A stretch of DNA of 64,000 nt from Leptogorgia sarmentosa (taxonomy: Eukaryota): the NCBI GenBank assembly GCA_964658305.1, contig OZ210885.1, positions 8,928,001 to 8,992,000 on the forward strand, in the 5' to 3' direction. Position numbers and translations under genes: made by a program. Of the stretch, positions 25,301 through 40,300 are shown in pieces (position 1 is the first letter of the stretch; each line of letters opens with the position of its first letter). Under the pieces are notes generated by a model. It saw only the letters and a list, made by a program, of their open reading frames with translations, was not told the DNA's origin and made no database searches.

Positions 25301-28300
25301 CGTAATAAATTAATACAATTACACAAAACAGAATGTGTTGTATGTTAAGCTTAATGTGATATATTGGGTCTTCGTTGTTGCCTTGCCCGCTTAACGATCC
25401 CATTAGATATAGCTGCTAGAGTGAACCCACCTGATGCATTCGGTATGACCTTCATAGCAGGAAAGGCACTTTCCAGTGTGGAAACACCACAACCTCACAC
25501 TTCCTCTGATGTCACCAGAGATAATATTCTTTTTATCATCGCTCACAGCGACACTGGTAACATCGGATTCATGACCCTTAAGAGTACGAATTTCTTGATA
25601 TTTTTTTAAATCCCAAATTTTTATTGTCCCATCGTCTGAACCAGACACAAGCATTGGATTGTTTTTTCCTGAATCTAAAAGAGAAACTTCGCACTTTAGT
25701 CGAACTGGCACAAAAAAAAAACAAGGGAAAGCAAAGTACATGATATCCTAAATATATTCAATAACTCGATTGCTGACAGGAGGAATTTTCATATATGCAT
25801 TCTGCATGTCCAGGCAATGGATTCTACAGTAGTAGAATACAGAAAGTTTATTTTGTTGGTACCGTTAGGATATTGAAGAGAAATTGACGCAAAAAGAAAT
25901 TCCAATGTGTCAGGATAAACTTGAAATACTCAAAATATGGCCGAACCGTCTTGCACGTACAATAGTCATGATCACGAATGAATTGTGCAAAGTAACATCA
26001 TTCTTCCAGTTAGTTTTGCATAAGCATAATGTTAAAGCTCATTACGACCGCGAGGAGGTTATGTAATCATCCTGGTTTGTTTGTGAAATATCGAACATCT
26101 TGCACAATTGTTTGCCATTACACAAGGAAGAGATGATTACATTTTGGTTCAATTCGGCTGAGAATCAAGCAAAACATTTATGAAAAAAAACTTTCGTTCC
26201 TTTATTTTTAATGCGTAATGAAGTTAATTGATATTCTGGATGTGTTGTGTGAATTAGTAAATTTACGGTACCAAATTTGGGTGAAAATTTATTAAGCCCC
26301 CACCATCTACTTGCCACCTGAAAGCAGGAAGACAGAAATATCCCCCAATATCTCACAACAAATATAAAACAGGTCAAACTATATAAATTTTGTCTGTTGG
26401 AAGAAGAGGGTCTGAGGACAAGATGGACAAGATAAGTCAAACGACACCTGGCTATATATCTTGGCAATGGACAGTATATCTAAAACAATATTACTTTACA
26501 AACAACATTCATGTTGGCTTCGATCCATTTGTTACTTTATCTATATAATTTCATAAGTTAAAAACAAATGGTATAAAATGCTGTCATATTCTGTTGTATT
26601 GAATTCTATTATATATTGTAGTTCAATTTGATACATGTGCATTAATGAGATACATGTGAAACAGCTAGAATTGTTCTTGGTTGATGTATCCCTATGAAAT
26701 GCATTTCAGAGCAGTGCCGTAGGATGGTGGGGCACTTTCACCCCCAACTTTCATGGTTATAAGTGCCGTTTTAAAAAAGAAATTGACCTTCTTTCATGCC
26801 TAGGATTTGTACAGCTTTCTGATAGACATGATAATTTGCCCAAATGTACTAAAATATTTTGTAGGATTCCATCATTCATTAGCTTTTAAATGTTTTTTTT
26901 CCAAGATGCCGCCTTGCTGATTGCAAGTTGCAAATACAGGAACAAGTTTTTATTTAAAGTTGCAACATTTAATAGTAAAGGTTTGGATTCTGTTGTCCTT
27001 GTGCCTCCCCCTCCCCTACAAACTACAACTTGATTCCTATGCCCTTGTTTCAGAGCTTGCTTTTATTTTTACGGCACACTATTATTACTTACAAGAGGTC
27101 TCAACGCTAATAAAATATACAATAGCCTAAATGCCAAGTCTTTTGAATCTACTTGTACAGTATCACAATTTATACATTAAGGTCTGCGACACAGGGTAAT
27201 CAGTTGAAATATACACACACAAGCAAATTGTCTCAAAGTATATTTAGAAAGCTAGCATAGATAAATCTAGTGGCCATTTTAAAATACTCTTAGCATATAC
27301 AAATACAACCAGCCTAAAAATTTGAAAGAAATGAGAAAGTCCTAAAATAGTGCTTGTACATGAAAGCACTGGCTACCACCATACTAACATTTAAGGAAAG
27401 ACTTTGCTTTCTTTCTAGGCATAATTTTTAATTACAATATTAGAATGCTGTTGCAAGCAGGTATTTTTGTGCAATAATTGGGAACATTTATTCCAAAACA
27501 TGATATTCCCCTCCAATCATTGCTTTATTGAACCATTAAGGAAGTTTATAATAAATAATATGTTTTATTTTTTTTCGGTCCGTAACTCTCGGTCCGTAAC
27601 CTAAATACAGCTTTCTGATTGGTTGCCTAGCGGTCCGTAACCTACTTTACGGACCGCTCGCATGCATTCTCGTAGATTTAATACAAATATAGTCAATGTT
27701 TTTGTTTTTTAAAACTGAATGGCCGCTTATTAAAATATTCAAAACGAATTTAGGCGATAAAGAACACATGATAGTCCATTTTATTATGCTACGGGATATT
27801 TTAGGGGGTATTTACAGCGACAAAAACAAAAGACAAAAGTCTCGTCAGTATCAACAAAACAAAACAAAACATTCTCGGCGAAATATTTCGGTGTCTAAAG
27901 CGTTTTTTAACCATGTTTCTACCGTGAAACGACCGGGAAAATAAATAATCTTAATAAGTTTACCTTTTTCATCGTAATGTTGAGTGGAAATGCGTGAATA
28001 TGGAAGAAAATGCGTCAATATTGAAGGATTTTTGCTCACTTCGTCTTGGCTGTTTAGCAGCCATACTTGCGATAGAGTAGCAAAGTAAACAAACAAACTG
28101 ATCTCATAATCTAGTTCGCAACACTGGAATTTTTGCGAATTTTATCATAACATCGAGGAGAAAAAAAATAAATAAGTTATTTACCATTTAGGTCGGTCCG
28201 TACTGGAAAATATTTTGTCTCGGTCTCAAAAACGTCCCTCGGCCTTCGGCCTCGGGCCGTTTTTGAGACCTCGACAAAATATTTTCCAGTACGGACCTCC

Positions 28301-31300
28301 CAGCTGGTAAATAACATATATTTATCCGAATGAAATAACAAATATAATTCTGAAGAGACTCTATTGAAGTAAGATTTTCAAAATGTTATGAAATATTAAC
28401 TCATACAGTATTGCATACCTGTTGCGACAACACATGTCACATCATCTGTATGGCCAACCAAACTGGCCTCGAAATTTAGTGTATCGGCTTTCCACAACTT
28501 GATAGTCTCGTCTTGATCTCCAACAGTAGCAATGAACTGTCCATCTTTGGTCGTACACAGCGACTTGACTCCCTCAGGAATACTTGTTGAGAGGTTTTTT
28601 CCGGTAGATACACAATACACTTTCAGCCCTACAACGCATGATGGATACTCGTCAGACTGATGTTTCATTATAATATAAGCAGGGTAAAATCTGCAACGTG
28701 ATTGGCTAATGAGCGTGCATTATAACAGCGTAATGCACGCATCTAGCTATTAAATTTCTCCCGCGACTCTTTGGTTTGACAAAAAGACAATAAAAATACA
28801 TATATACTAAAAATACATCCATTAAAAACGCTTGAATTGTTTGCTTTCGCTCAGCTAAAGGAATAAAGCTGTGTTGCTGCTTGGCAACATTTGAGAACAC
28901 GCTTGATTACATGTAAAGAGAATTGTAATTTTGATCTTCCTAACGAAGTTATTTGTTGCGCTAATATTCTCTTATATTATAAAAGAAATAGAAAAACTCG
29001 TCGCGTGCCATTATGCTGTTATAATTGCACTCGGGCAATGTTGTGAGAATACGAGAGAATCGCGTAAAACACTCGGCTACGCCTCGTGTTTTACGCGATT
29101 CTCTCGTATTCTCCCAACATTTCCCTCGTGCATTATAACAGCATAATGGCACGCGACTCGTTATCTATTTCTTAAATAATGTCTAACCCTAGACGATTTT
29201 TTGAAATCTTGTTTTTAATTGTGTCCCTCTCCGGCGCTGAACATGCTCTGGCTGTTGCTGGCAGTGCTTCCATTTCCGAACTTGGTAATTTCCTTATTTT
29301 TTCCTTTTTTTGACCGGGATTTCCTTCAAAAAATATCAAAAATTCCTTCAAATTTCCTGCTCGAAATCAGTGCTCAACAAACTCTCATCGAAGAAAATGT
29401 GTAATTTACTATAAATTATAGACTACTTACAGCCAATTTTAACCAATTTTTAGTGACAAATATGAAGAAATTAGGAACTAATACATCGATCAAGGTTGTG
29501 CGGCTACATATGACATGTCATCGTAAGAAAAATTTCAGAAATGCCACCATTTCGTAGGCAGAATGGATAATGGACTCTAAGTTCTTCGCGTTTGCCTTTT
29601 GAACGTTCCTTTTATAATTTACGAATTGTCTATTTTGCTTTGAAATTTGAAAGATTTAGAAAAACCTATTTTGCAATCAAAACTGACTGTCTATCAGTTA
29701 ATTTTGGAAAATGGTTAATGGAAAATAATATGACTTTTATATATAGATTAAGGATATAAAAAATCAGGAACGGAAAGTTTTAAAACATTTTTGACTGTAC
29801 AAGAGCTTTAAGTTGGGAGATTAGAATGTAAAATCTCTTTTAGCATATGAAATTCGAATATGAAAGCAACCTGAAGCTAAGAGTATTAATATTATACTGT
29901 AGAAAGAATGCGGTTATGCCTTATGCGGCTGCCTGTCTGGTTAGTGGTTACTGGTTACTCTGCTTCCGCAAATCGGATTGATACATATTCTACACTTTAT
30001 TTCCAAAATTTAACTACTTTTAAGATATTTTTGTATTTTCCTTCAACTTTCCTTTATTTTTCTAGAATTTCCTTCAAATTTCCTTCAAAAATTATTTCCT
30101 TTTCATTTCCTTCATTTTGCCAAAAAATCCTTTCAAAAGGAAATTTCCTTCAAAATGGAAGCACTGGTTGCTGGCTTATGTTTTTACACTGCGTTTCACT
30201 GCGCTCTACACGACGTTTACAGTTAACCGCTGGTTTGAAGATACGCAGTCGCTGGAATCCTCAAACCAGCTGTTGCAATTATTGTTTGAAATGAACAATT
30301 TGTACTTTTGGCGAAGGTTGAGAGGTGCTACTCAAACAGACGTATCTGGTTTTCCCAGGAAATAATTTTACTTACAGCTACGTTGTAAAACTGCTGTTCC
30401 TGGCATCAAACACAAAAAGAATTAGTGAACATGGTCCAATCACACGATACTATGCCGTTTGTAAATTTCATAAACCCACCCTCTACCATAGCTACATTGT
30501 TGTCAAATTGTATGCATTGTAAAGGGCATCCATACCAGTGGTACTGTTGGTAAAACTTGGTTACAGATCGCGAAAGTTACATCCGTGAAGCAAGGGCCAT
30601 GTATGGCAGTTGGGCTTCGTTCAAAATAATGAAAATATACTTTGTTTTCAAATGTAGTCGATTATGTACAACAGGTTACAGGTACGAGTTCAGATAAAAT
30701 GGTTGAAATGTACGAAGGATTAACAACGAGCTCTCTTTCTCTCCAACCCGTTTCCGAAAGTTGAAATACAAATTTTTAATTCTTTTTTTTCCACTGAGTA
30801 TATACCGCACGAATAAAGACAAACACCATTGAAATCCTAGTAAAATGATCTTTCGAACGGTGGGTCGCATGTTAGTTAAACAGAACACAAAAAAAAATAA
30901 AGATTGATCGTCGGAAACGTAAGGCATTAGCATCTATCTGAGAAAAACAGAGTCCAATATGTTGAAATCCATGTCCTTATTTCTCACTGAAGCAGCATAT
31001 TCATGAAACCTGTTTTATGTTCGTGTTATTTGCACATATAAAAACATTTTTACAAGCTTTTCTGTAATTGTCTGTAATTGTCGGAAATTTCCGCACGCGC
31101 ACGGCATTTACTAAAACAGGATAAATCAGGTTGCGCAATAGTCTGAAACACGTGGAAAACATGCCTTTGATTACGTAGGGTGCGTATTCGTATGTTTTTC
31201 AGTCTTGGATAAACTCACTTCTGGTTTATTCGCACGCGACAAAAAAAACACGACAGGTGTCCCAGGAATTTCGCCCCCCACCCCCCTCCCCCCACCTCCC

Positions 31301-34300
31301 CCCACCCAGCCAATTATAGTCATTGGGCGAATTCGACTTAAATTAATATGGTGTTGGAGAGAAAGAGTACTTTTCGTAAGTAATACATTTTTCTAAAATG
31401 TATTAACGATTATGCTGCACGAATCTGACGAAATGCTTCTGAATTTCACATATTCGCTACGGAGCACAAGTTGAATACATACAGTGAATATTTAACTCAC
31501 TGTGATGACTGTGTCGCTATTTAGAGTGTACTCCCACTCAAATATGGAACGTTACGTGAAACCCAAGAACTGAAACGATATGCATCAATCCGCTTCATAA
31601 ACGTTCTTGTATTAAAATGTGAAGCCAAATTTGTTAGTAAATAGCGATGTACACAGTGGCGTAACTACTAGGGGCCCAACCTGGCCGGGGCCCTGGGAAG
31701 AGGTTTCTTCAGGGCCGTGGCTAATGTGAAATTCAAACAATTTTTATTGAAACTGAAGATGCAAAAAAAGTTCGAAGTTAACAAAATGTTTGATATCATT
31801 CAGTAGCTAGCTGAAACAATTTTGTTGCCTTTTAAATTGTGCTTGGATGTTGACAGTATATTAATTGTTGTATATTACACTCAAACTTTTACTGTTGTGA
31901 TTGTTTCTGCTTTATAGGAACTTATTTTAGTGTCTGCTTCTTCTTACGGAACGTTTTTGCCTTTTGGGTATAATTGAAGCTGCAGAAGAGATGTTAAATA
32001 GCTATAATATGTTCGATAATAAATAGCAGAATTAAAATGCATATCATATGCAGAATTCAGGAGAATATTTCGTAGAGCTAGCATAGTAAAAATGTGAAGC
32101 TAAGAAGTATAATTAAGAGGCCATCCACAACAGTTCAACCGAGGGCCGACACTGGAGATTTACGCCGCTGAATTTGCAACGTAAAACAAACATTTTGTGA
32201 ACGTACTTTCAAGTATTTTTATTTGAAGAAAAAATAATTATTTTCATTTAATAACAGTATTCCAATATTCAATTTGATACCGGCGGGGTAACATATTTCC
32301 GAAAGTATGATCATTTGCGGAGTTATTTGACAAACACAATATGAAAAGGATTTAATTTTTTCTCCAATGGCATCGTTGCTGGCGTTCCTTCAGAACTGTT
32401 AAATCCGTACACGTCAGCAAAATCTTATTTCTTATCGAAACTCGCGCACTTTAATACTAACTTTTAAGCAGAGCGGAAGTCGAGAAAACGTTTATGCAAA
32501 TTTTCGTTTACCTATTCTGAACAACATTTTGATATCCTTGTTTGATTTGTGTTTAAGATGCTTACCATCGTCTGTTCCAATAAACACTCGCTGATCATCT
32601 GCACTGAAATCCAGATCATTAACAACACTCTCCCCTTGGAACACAAAAAGCTGTTCATAATTATCCATTTTCCAAAGGATTGTACTTCTGTCCACCGACC
32701 CCGACGCTAGTATTGTTCCACTTTGTGACACAGCCAAACAGGTAACTCTCACAGAATGTCCCTGTAGTTGTTGAACTTCTCTACCTGTTTATAAAATACG
32801 ATAGCACATATATAAAAGGGTGTAATAGGTAATTTTCACTCACATCGTTACTACATTGGGAGTATTTTTCAAAACATTGCGGCGATAAAATAAACTAGGG
32901 ATCCAAGGATAGTGCAAAGTTTCTAAGGCCTAGGTCGATATAGGCAGTCAACTACGGAGTTTCGCATGTCAGGAGAATTTGGGACGCTCCCCCCGGAGTT
33001 TACACTATGAATGACTGAATGACTACATGACTACATGACTACATGACTACATGACTGATGTGAATTTTCGCCACTCATCACAATACTGCAAAGTTTCTTT
33101 GAAACTTTGCACTAATTATTGAGACAAGTAACTACATTAACTAACCCATCAGCTACACTCTGTTTACACCGCTAACTTCCATTTTTACTATTACGTCCGT
33201 ATAGCAACTTAAACAGCAATGTAAGCGATAGACAAACACCGAAACGATCTTCAATACTAAAAACAAAATAACTGTAATTTTGCGGAATTTACTGTAGCGT
33301 GTTTTACAGGCGTGTGTTTTCATTCGTTACTTCTTGGGATTTCATAAAAGTATGCCCTCATCTTTGTTGTGCAAGTCCATAGATATAGGTATCGAGCCAA
33401 CTTGAACGCTTGGGTAAGACTCGCTACCGGTCCCTGTTGCCTCGATAACTAAAGTGGTAGAGTAACGGTTAATGCCGAACAGTTTACTGAAACTTATAAT
33501 ATATTTACTAGTGTTTAAAATTTAGTGGCTGATGTTGGTGGTAGAACAGAAAGTATAGATAATTGGAAAGCATGCATGAGGCTATAAACAGGAAATGTTC
33601 TATACGGTGAATACCAATGATTGCACAGGAATTTTGTCCTACTTGTATTTGTAATTACTGAACTTTCACATTTAAAATTGGCATATATCCATTCATTTTA
33701 TGCACACGATTTCTTAATAATTGTATGTTTTATTGTTTAGAAGAAATATGTCACTCTGTCCGAATTAGTTTTTATAGTTTGGTTAATATAATGTTGCTGA
33801 CAAAAAGCATTTCCCTTGTGCGGTATTCAGGATTTTTCTCTTTTTACGCAGTAAACATTGATTTGTCCAAGCAATGACTGAATTAATTTTGATCCCAGCA
33901 TAAATCTGGATGAACATGTCTCTCCTAGTATCTAAACCAAATTTCAAATATCATCATATGACGACGACTACCGTACATGATTGGCTAATTTTCGAATGAA
34001 TTATCAATTACTTTGAGTGTAAACATTTGTTCCTCACCCATATTAACGGCATATAAACAATATTCTCATTTCAATGAATAATCAAGATTATAGCTTTTGT
34101 TTAGCTAAAAAGGCATGACTTGTATGAATATGTTTTAAATAGAGTCATAATATATACGCTATAATTCAATTTTTCTGCTTCCAAAACTAAAACTTTTCCC
34201 AAAAAACCGGGGCAGTGGCCTACAGGTCTAAAAAATGTGCAAAACTGGAACACGGATAATTTTCGCTCGAAATTTTGGTTTTCTCAAGAAATTTTTACTT

Positions 34301-37300
34301 AGCTTTGCTTATATTTTGTTGCTGTTGTTGTACATATTCAAGATTAAACCCGCGAACATAGTTTCGATAAGGAGAACTAAGATTCTGCAAGGAAAAATCT
34401 GCAGTACATTTGAGTTGCCCACTCAACAACTCAAATTTCCCTAAGTAGCGTTGAATAAAACATTCTGCTAGAATGTGCCATAGCCAGAACTGAGACCAAC
34501 CGATATATACCATATATCAAGCCATATTACCTACAGTGATGCGAAGCATAATGGGACGAGCCCTGAGGCCATTGGGGTCCAGTGAGCTCCCTGAAATTAT
34601 AGCGCCGTAAATTTCTGATGTAATCAAGATAGGCCTACTGCACCAAGTCAAACATGTACTTTATTAAAACCTTTCTATCTATTTAGTTCATTATCAGCGC
34701 TAAAAACAAGAATTAAAGCTGAAGGCTCGCAAAAAGTTATTTGAAAAGAATCATTTGCACAGCAAAGTTTTGTCAATTAAAATGTTACTGCAACGATTTT
34801 TTCGACCTCATTTTTTTGCGTTAAATAAATACTCAGGTCGAAAGACGAAATTTGGTGTATAGATGACTTTTGTACGTGGACAGGAAGTAGCTAAATTTCG
34901 CCTCCGAACTTCGATATCGGATGCGAACAGAACAGCCGCCATCTTGTCACCTTGTGACGTCACAAGTGTAACACGTTTAGCGAAGCTACTAGTAAATTCT
35001 GTTACGTTAGACCTATACTCTGTGTTTCTCGTGCTTTTTTGGCCGGAAAAAATCTTTTGAAACAAAACTTGAACATAGGCATTTTAAGATAATATATTTT
35101 GCTCATGTCGAGTAACGAGTCTGGCGGAGACCCGCAATCGTGTGAAAGTTCCAGTGAAACTGACCCAGTGTCGGATGGCTCAGTTAACTCGGATTAGTCG
35201 GGTGGCTCGTTAGTTCATGTCACATCGCACTGCTTTACGTACGACGACGAACCTATATATATATATATAGCAGAACCTGGGGAAACGAGTTGTGTTCCAG
35301 AAGATCAAGATGGATTGTTGCCAGCAACTATTGAACAAAGAAGCGACGGTAGAATAACTCTGGAACAGTGGTAAGAAGATTCAAGACTGTGAAGCCTAAT
35401 TAAAATAGCCGACGTATACTAAATTTAAATTTATATTTCATTGCTTTTATTTAATATTCATCTGTAATGATATATTGTTAATTTTGATATCAATATCAAT
35501 ATATTGATAACAGTATAATTACTGTTTCCACATTACCGTTTCCACATTCTCATTTTCAATTATTAGATTTGTAAATACTTAAGCTGTGGCAGAATAAATT
35601 CATTCGATTTGATATGGAAAATTCATAAGAAGTTCATTTACCTTGTCTGTATGCTTAGTATTACAGTAGTTAGGGTTATGAAATTTCATCTACGTTTGCT
35701 TATACGGTATAAACATTCATGTAAATCGTTGCGTTGAAGGTATTTTATTTTGTTTTTCAAACCAGCGCAGGAAGTGCACGAACTACGAGTTGTAGAAGTT
35801 GTTGTTGTCACATCGGGCATGTCGTCACTGAACAAGTCAAAGGATGTATCATGATCAATATTGTGACTTGTCATTGCTATCTCTTCAACTTTTGCTGGAG
35901 AAGACACCAACTTCACTAGCGACAATCTTTTACTCTGGCGAATTACCTAAAATTATACGAATAATTTAAATGTAAAGTGCTTCGCATATTATAAAATTTA
36001 CCATGTGCATGGACGAAGAATGCGCCTTTGCACGCATGATACAATACTCGTGTTATTTACCTGTAATCGTTTTCGCTCTGTGATTTGCTGTTCGGCCGGT
36101 GGTATAATTCCAGCTACATCAATCGTATAGGAACAGCATCTTCTTTCAATCTCCTTTTAATATTTAGCGATTTTGCTAATTCTAGATTCATATCATAGCT
36201 ACGGATCTTCGAAGTGGGCTCAAAAATACCAAGAGGTCGCCGTTGCGTGAAAACCCTGTCTATGTTTACAGACAAATTTCACGCACTTATTCCGTCTCTG
36301 AGCATCTGTTTCTTCATTAGGGAATAGATGCATAGACATTCCTTCAGTTTTGCTATCATTGGCGCAGCTAACTAAGTTAGGACCGCCAGCAACGCAGAGT
36401 TTTCCTCCGCGAGTAGCTTTACGTCTATTAGAAATATACGCCATGTTGAAAATGGGTTACACTTGTGACATCGCACGGCATTAAGATGGTGGTCGAAAAG
36501 TTCGCACGGAAGTAGCCAAAAATCGCAACTTCGAAAGGCCATAAAATCCGTTTGAAAAGAGCAATTTTAATTCTGTTTGCGGTGAACATATTCGGAGAGT
36601 ACAAGTACTTTAAAATATGCCAATAAAAAGGGGTCGAAAAATTCGTTGCAGTAACACTGCGACTGAAGCGACTCAGTCGTAGTGAGAAGTTATTGATTAA
36701 CATACATTGTTTGGGCACTTATAATAATGTAGAATAAACAAAAGGAGGGATATGTGTCTTTTCCAACAAAAAATATCTTGCGCATGAAATTTAAACGCTT
36801 AAAAGTCATTTTGAGTTGAGAAAATGGAAACTTTGTGGAGTTGTGTATTGCTTTTGAAAGTTTCAAGAACACTGGTTGAGTTTAAACCCTCAAAAACGTC
36901 GCACAAACTTACGTTTTTTAGAATAATTAGCTGTTCGCATGCTTAATTTAGGCTTGCATACCTGTCTCCTGGTCTAAGACGCTGATTGAACCACCCACTA
37001 AACCACAAATGGCCAGAGTACAGCCTGCAGCATTGGTCGTGGCTAATGAGATTACGGGCATATCAAACATCTTTCGCGATATCTCAGAGCCTCCGAGATC
37101 CAGACACGAAGATTCCGGTAAAAGATAGCAGGTCTTCGTGCCTGTTTCACGGAGTTGCTCTGATATCTTCTGTATCCACGGATACTCTTGGTACGATAGC
37201 AGTCTGCCTGGAAAATAAATATACACAACAGTGTCATGAAATATCCTCGCAAAATCATAAAATTAGGCCTACATATTATCGTTCTTGCCTTTGCAACTTA

Positions 37301-40300
37301 TTTTTAACATGGATAACTTTTTGTTTAACTTTTTGAAAAAAGTAAAACTGAAATAAAAAATTACGGGGTATAAGAAAGGCCAAGAAAGAATATTCCATAG
37401 CAAGCTGAAGCATACAATCCTGGACAAAAGTTGTTGTAAATCCAACTCTTTCCTCCAGAATTCAATGTTGCCACGTGAAATGGCAACGAAACATTGCAGG
37501 GCTTTAGCAAACACGACGCGAAGTGAGCGGGGATGTGAAAATGGCGCGGCCGCCATGGGAGATGTTTTACTTCCGGTTGAGTCCAGGACGTCGCACATGT
37601 TCCGTTGAGGACGGCATCTGGGCTGTTTTCACCTCCTCTCCAGAACGTCACATATGAATGCTTGTTTTCAAACATATTTCCCTTGCTAGTTCTGAATTTT
37701 ATTTTGATTGACAAACGTACGCCTGAATAACTCAACGGGTTTTAGCTGCCTTAATTCTTAGCAAACATTTTAATCGCCATAATAAAATGATCAAAATATA
37801 TAGGTACGTTGGTTCAATGTTACTCGTTTTTTACCAAATCCCACATTTTAGAATACAAAAGTTGGATGAAAACAACCCGACGTTAAAATGAACAAGTAAA
37901 AATAGAAATAAGATAAATTTGCACCATTTGAACATAAGAAAACAGAATTCATTTTATTTGCCCTAAAAAACTGTCTATTGATACATATTCAAACACATGA
38001 GGGAAAAAAATGGCAACATTGAAATCACTTTTAAATATCGTTAAATTGCATCCAGTTGGACCTAAATATGGATAATGATATCGAACAGTTGTACTGAACG
38101 GAAAATGAAGTATTTATCTTGCAAAAATTACTTGCAGATTTGCGATTTCAAAACCGCGAAAAGACCGATAAAAGTGTCTTTTCCAAAGAAACTCATTAAG
38201 TGTTACTCAAAAGTCTTCAGAAAAATCTTCTTGCTTGCTTTTTGCCTAGTTTATGACTAATTTAAAAATAGGCACGCACGATGCGTGCATGCGTCTACGT
38301 TGATGTCTTCCATTTGAAACTCGCCGTATGCTCAGTATAATACAAACCCGAAAATATAATGTGACGCATTTGAACTTCGTAGCTTTGAACTTCGTTTTAA
38401 CACGATTCTAGTAAGATTCGATGTTTTGTGTGTGGACGCCTGTTAATTTGAATTTGTTTCGAAAATGGAATGTTAAAAATGTCACAGTTAATCCACAACA
38501 CAATAAATTATTTCAATGTCTTTCAAACAATAACAATAGAGGTGTGAGTAGAACGCGCTTTGTCAAAACGCTACACTAAATTTTGTTTTAAAACCCTTGT
38601 ATCGCATCAACAACCATGAAAAGAAAATACTTCCGATTCCTCAACACACAGTAGTGACAGTACATGAAAACCCCGTTTAGAAATCGCTTTACAAAGCTTG
38701 GAAATTAGACCTTCGAACGAACAACGTTAGAACAACGCACACGGCACACTTGCGATTTGCGAAACACGCCACAGTAAATCGCATACGTCACGAGTTAATT
38801 TGCTGAAAGTTCGATACATCAACGGTAAAGATAACAACGTTTGAGTGTTAGTGTTTACCTTGAGAGCTCGTGACGTCAAAATACGTCATGTTCGTGGTAC
38901 AAACACAGCCTGCCTGCCTGCCAGAAATTTTACGCTTACATAGCCTCAACGTTGTTTAGCAACGTAGACGCAAAAAGACATAAACTACGCTTGATCCCAA
39001 CCCAGATCCTAAACCCGAAAAAGAAAAGTCGGGAAAATATTGGGAAAAAAGTTTTAACTCCAAATCGCTATAGCACGAATAAGCGTCGAACCGAAGCCTG
39101 AACTATGCAACTGCGACAGACGCATCGCGCGCCTAACCGTCTGAGCAAATTTCGAGCTCGCTGAAATTCTTCGAAAACAAAACTATTTATATAGTGGAAA
39201 TGTATTATGTAACATTTCAAATGTGAGGGGGAAGGTATCGACCGTTTTGGAAGGCAAAGACCGTTTACGAAAAGGAAATAACCAGCGGCGTACTATAACA
39301 TTGATTTTGGGAGGTGGGATTTACAACGTTTTTGTTCAAGATTGAACCTTGGAGAAACGTCGTTGTAACACCAAAGCTCCCCCACCCCCGAATTCAATGT
39401 TGCCACGTGAAATCTCCCACCTTGATTTTGGGGCTGTTACAAAAATTTTCCCCACGACTGTGGCATAATGATAATGCAAAGGTAAACTAAACTATAGGAA
39501 AACTGGATAAAATAAAGTTCATTGTTTTATTACCTAGCAGTTGTGGACAGATTGAATCAGCATTCTTCTCGATAACGGGGAAAGATAACATTAATGATGA
39601 TTTGAGGAGTTGGGTTTCCTGTGACAGTGTGCCCAAAAAACGAAAATCTGATACAACGGAGGGTAGGTCAACGTGTTTGACTTTTTGTTGAAGCCAGTTT
39701 AAATCGAAGAACAGTTGAAGTAGCTCGCCATGTTGTTCTGAGGAGGAGATGTGATAGGGTAGGAACTTGAAGTAATAGTCTTTTTGCGCGGTAGTTGAAT
39801 TTTCATTCCATTTACCGTTCACGCATTGGCCACGAAGTGTCTCCACAAACAAACGCTGAACACCAGTTAGTGAGCCCGTGACTTTAAGTTTTCTCCGAGC
39901 AAAATCCAGCAGTAAATCATGCACACGGTAGCTTGTCTTCTTATGAAGTTGAGGTCCTGAAAAAAAGATTTTTGGGACGTCAAGCATCAATCAGTTACTG
40001 ACATTGGTGCATTGACAAACGATATCCAACGGGCAGTAGATTTTCGTTTCTCTAAAACTGACTAATAAATAGTAATACAAAGATAAAAACTGTTTTGCAA
40101 CTTGACTTCTGACTTAAAGGACAGTTATTCAATGCACGACTTGCGGTTTAAAGTAATTTTAATGTGAGGATTTACTAAAACATGGCTTTCACATAACTTC
40201 CTTAAATTAAAACTCGCTCGTGTACCTTTTTGAATCATGGATTTTCTTTCAAGAGAATCAAGTATACGTCTTGTTTTGATAGGTTCACACAATGTTCTAC

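Noticed and set aside
28629..30174. Idea that the hairpin element and hAT MITE disrupt a coding exon, because ORF 28396-28668 abuts the insertion
   Set aside because: An acceptor at 28630-28629 joins in phase with exon 7 (DDG-LKVY), so both insertions are intronic and the gene appears intact.
29908..30522. Plus-strand ORFs of 65-128 aa
   Set aside because: They partly lie in MITE sequence, have no recognisable motifs and lack consistent splice signals.
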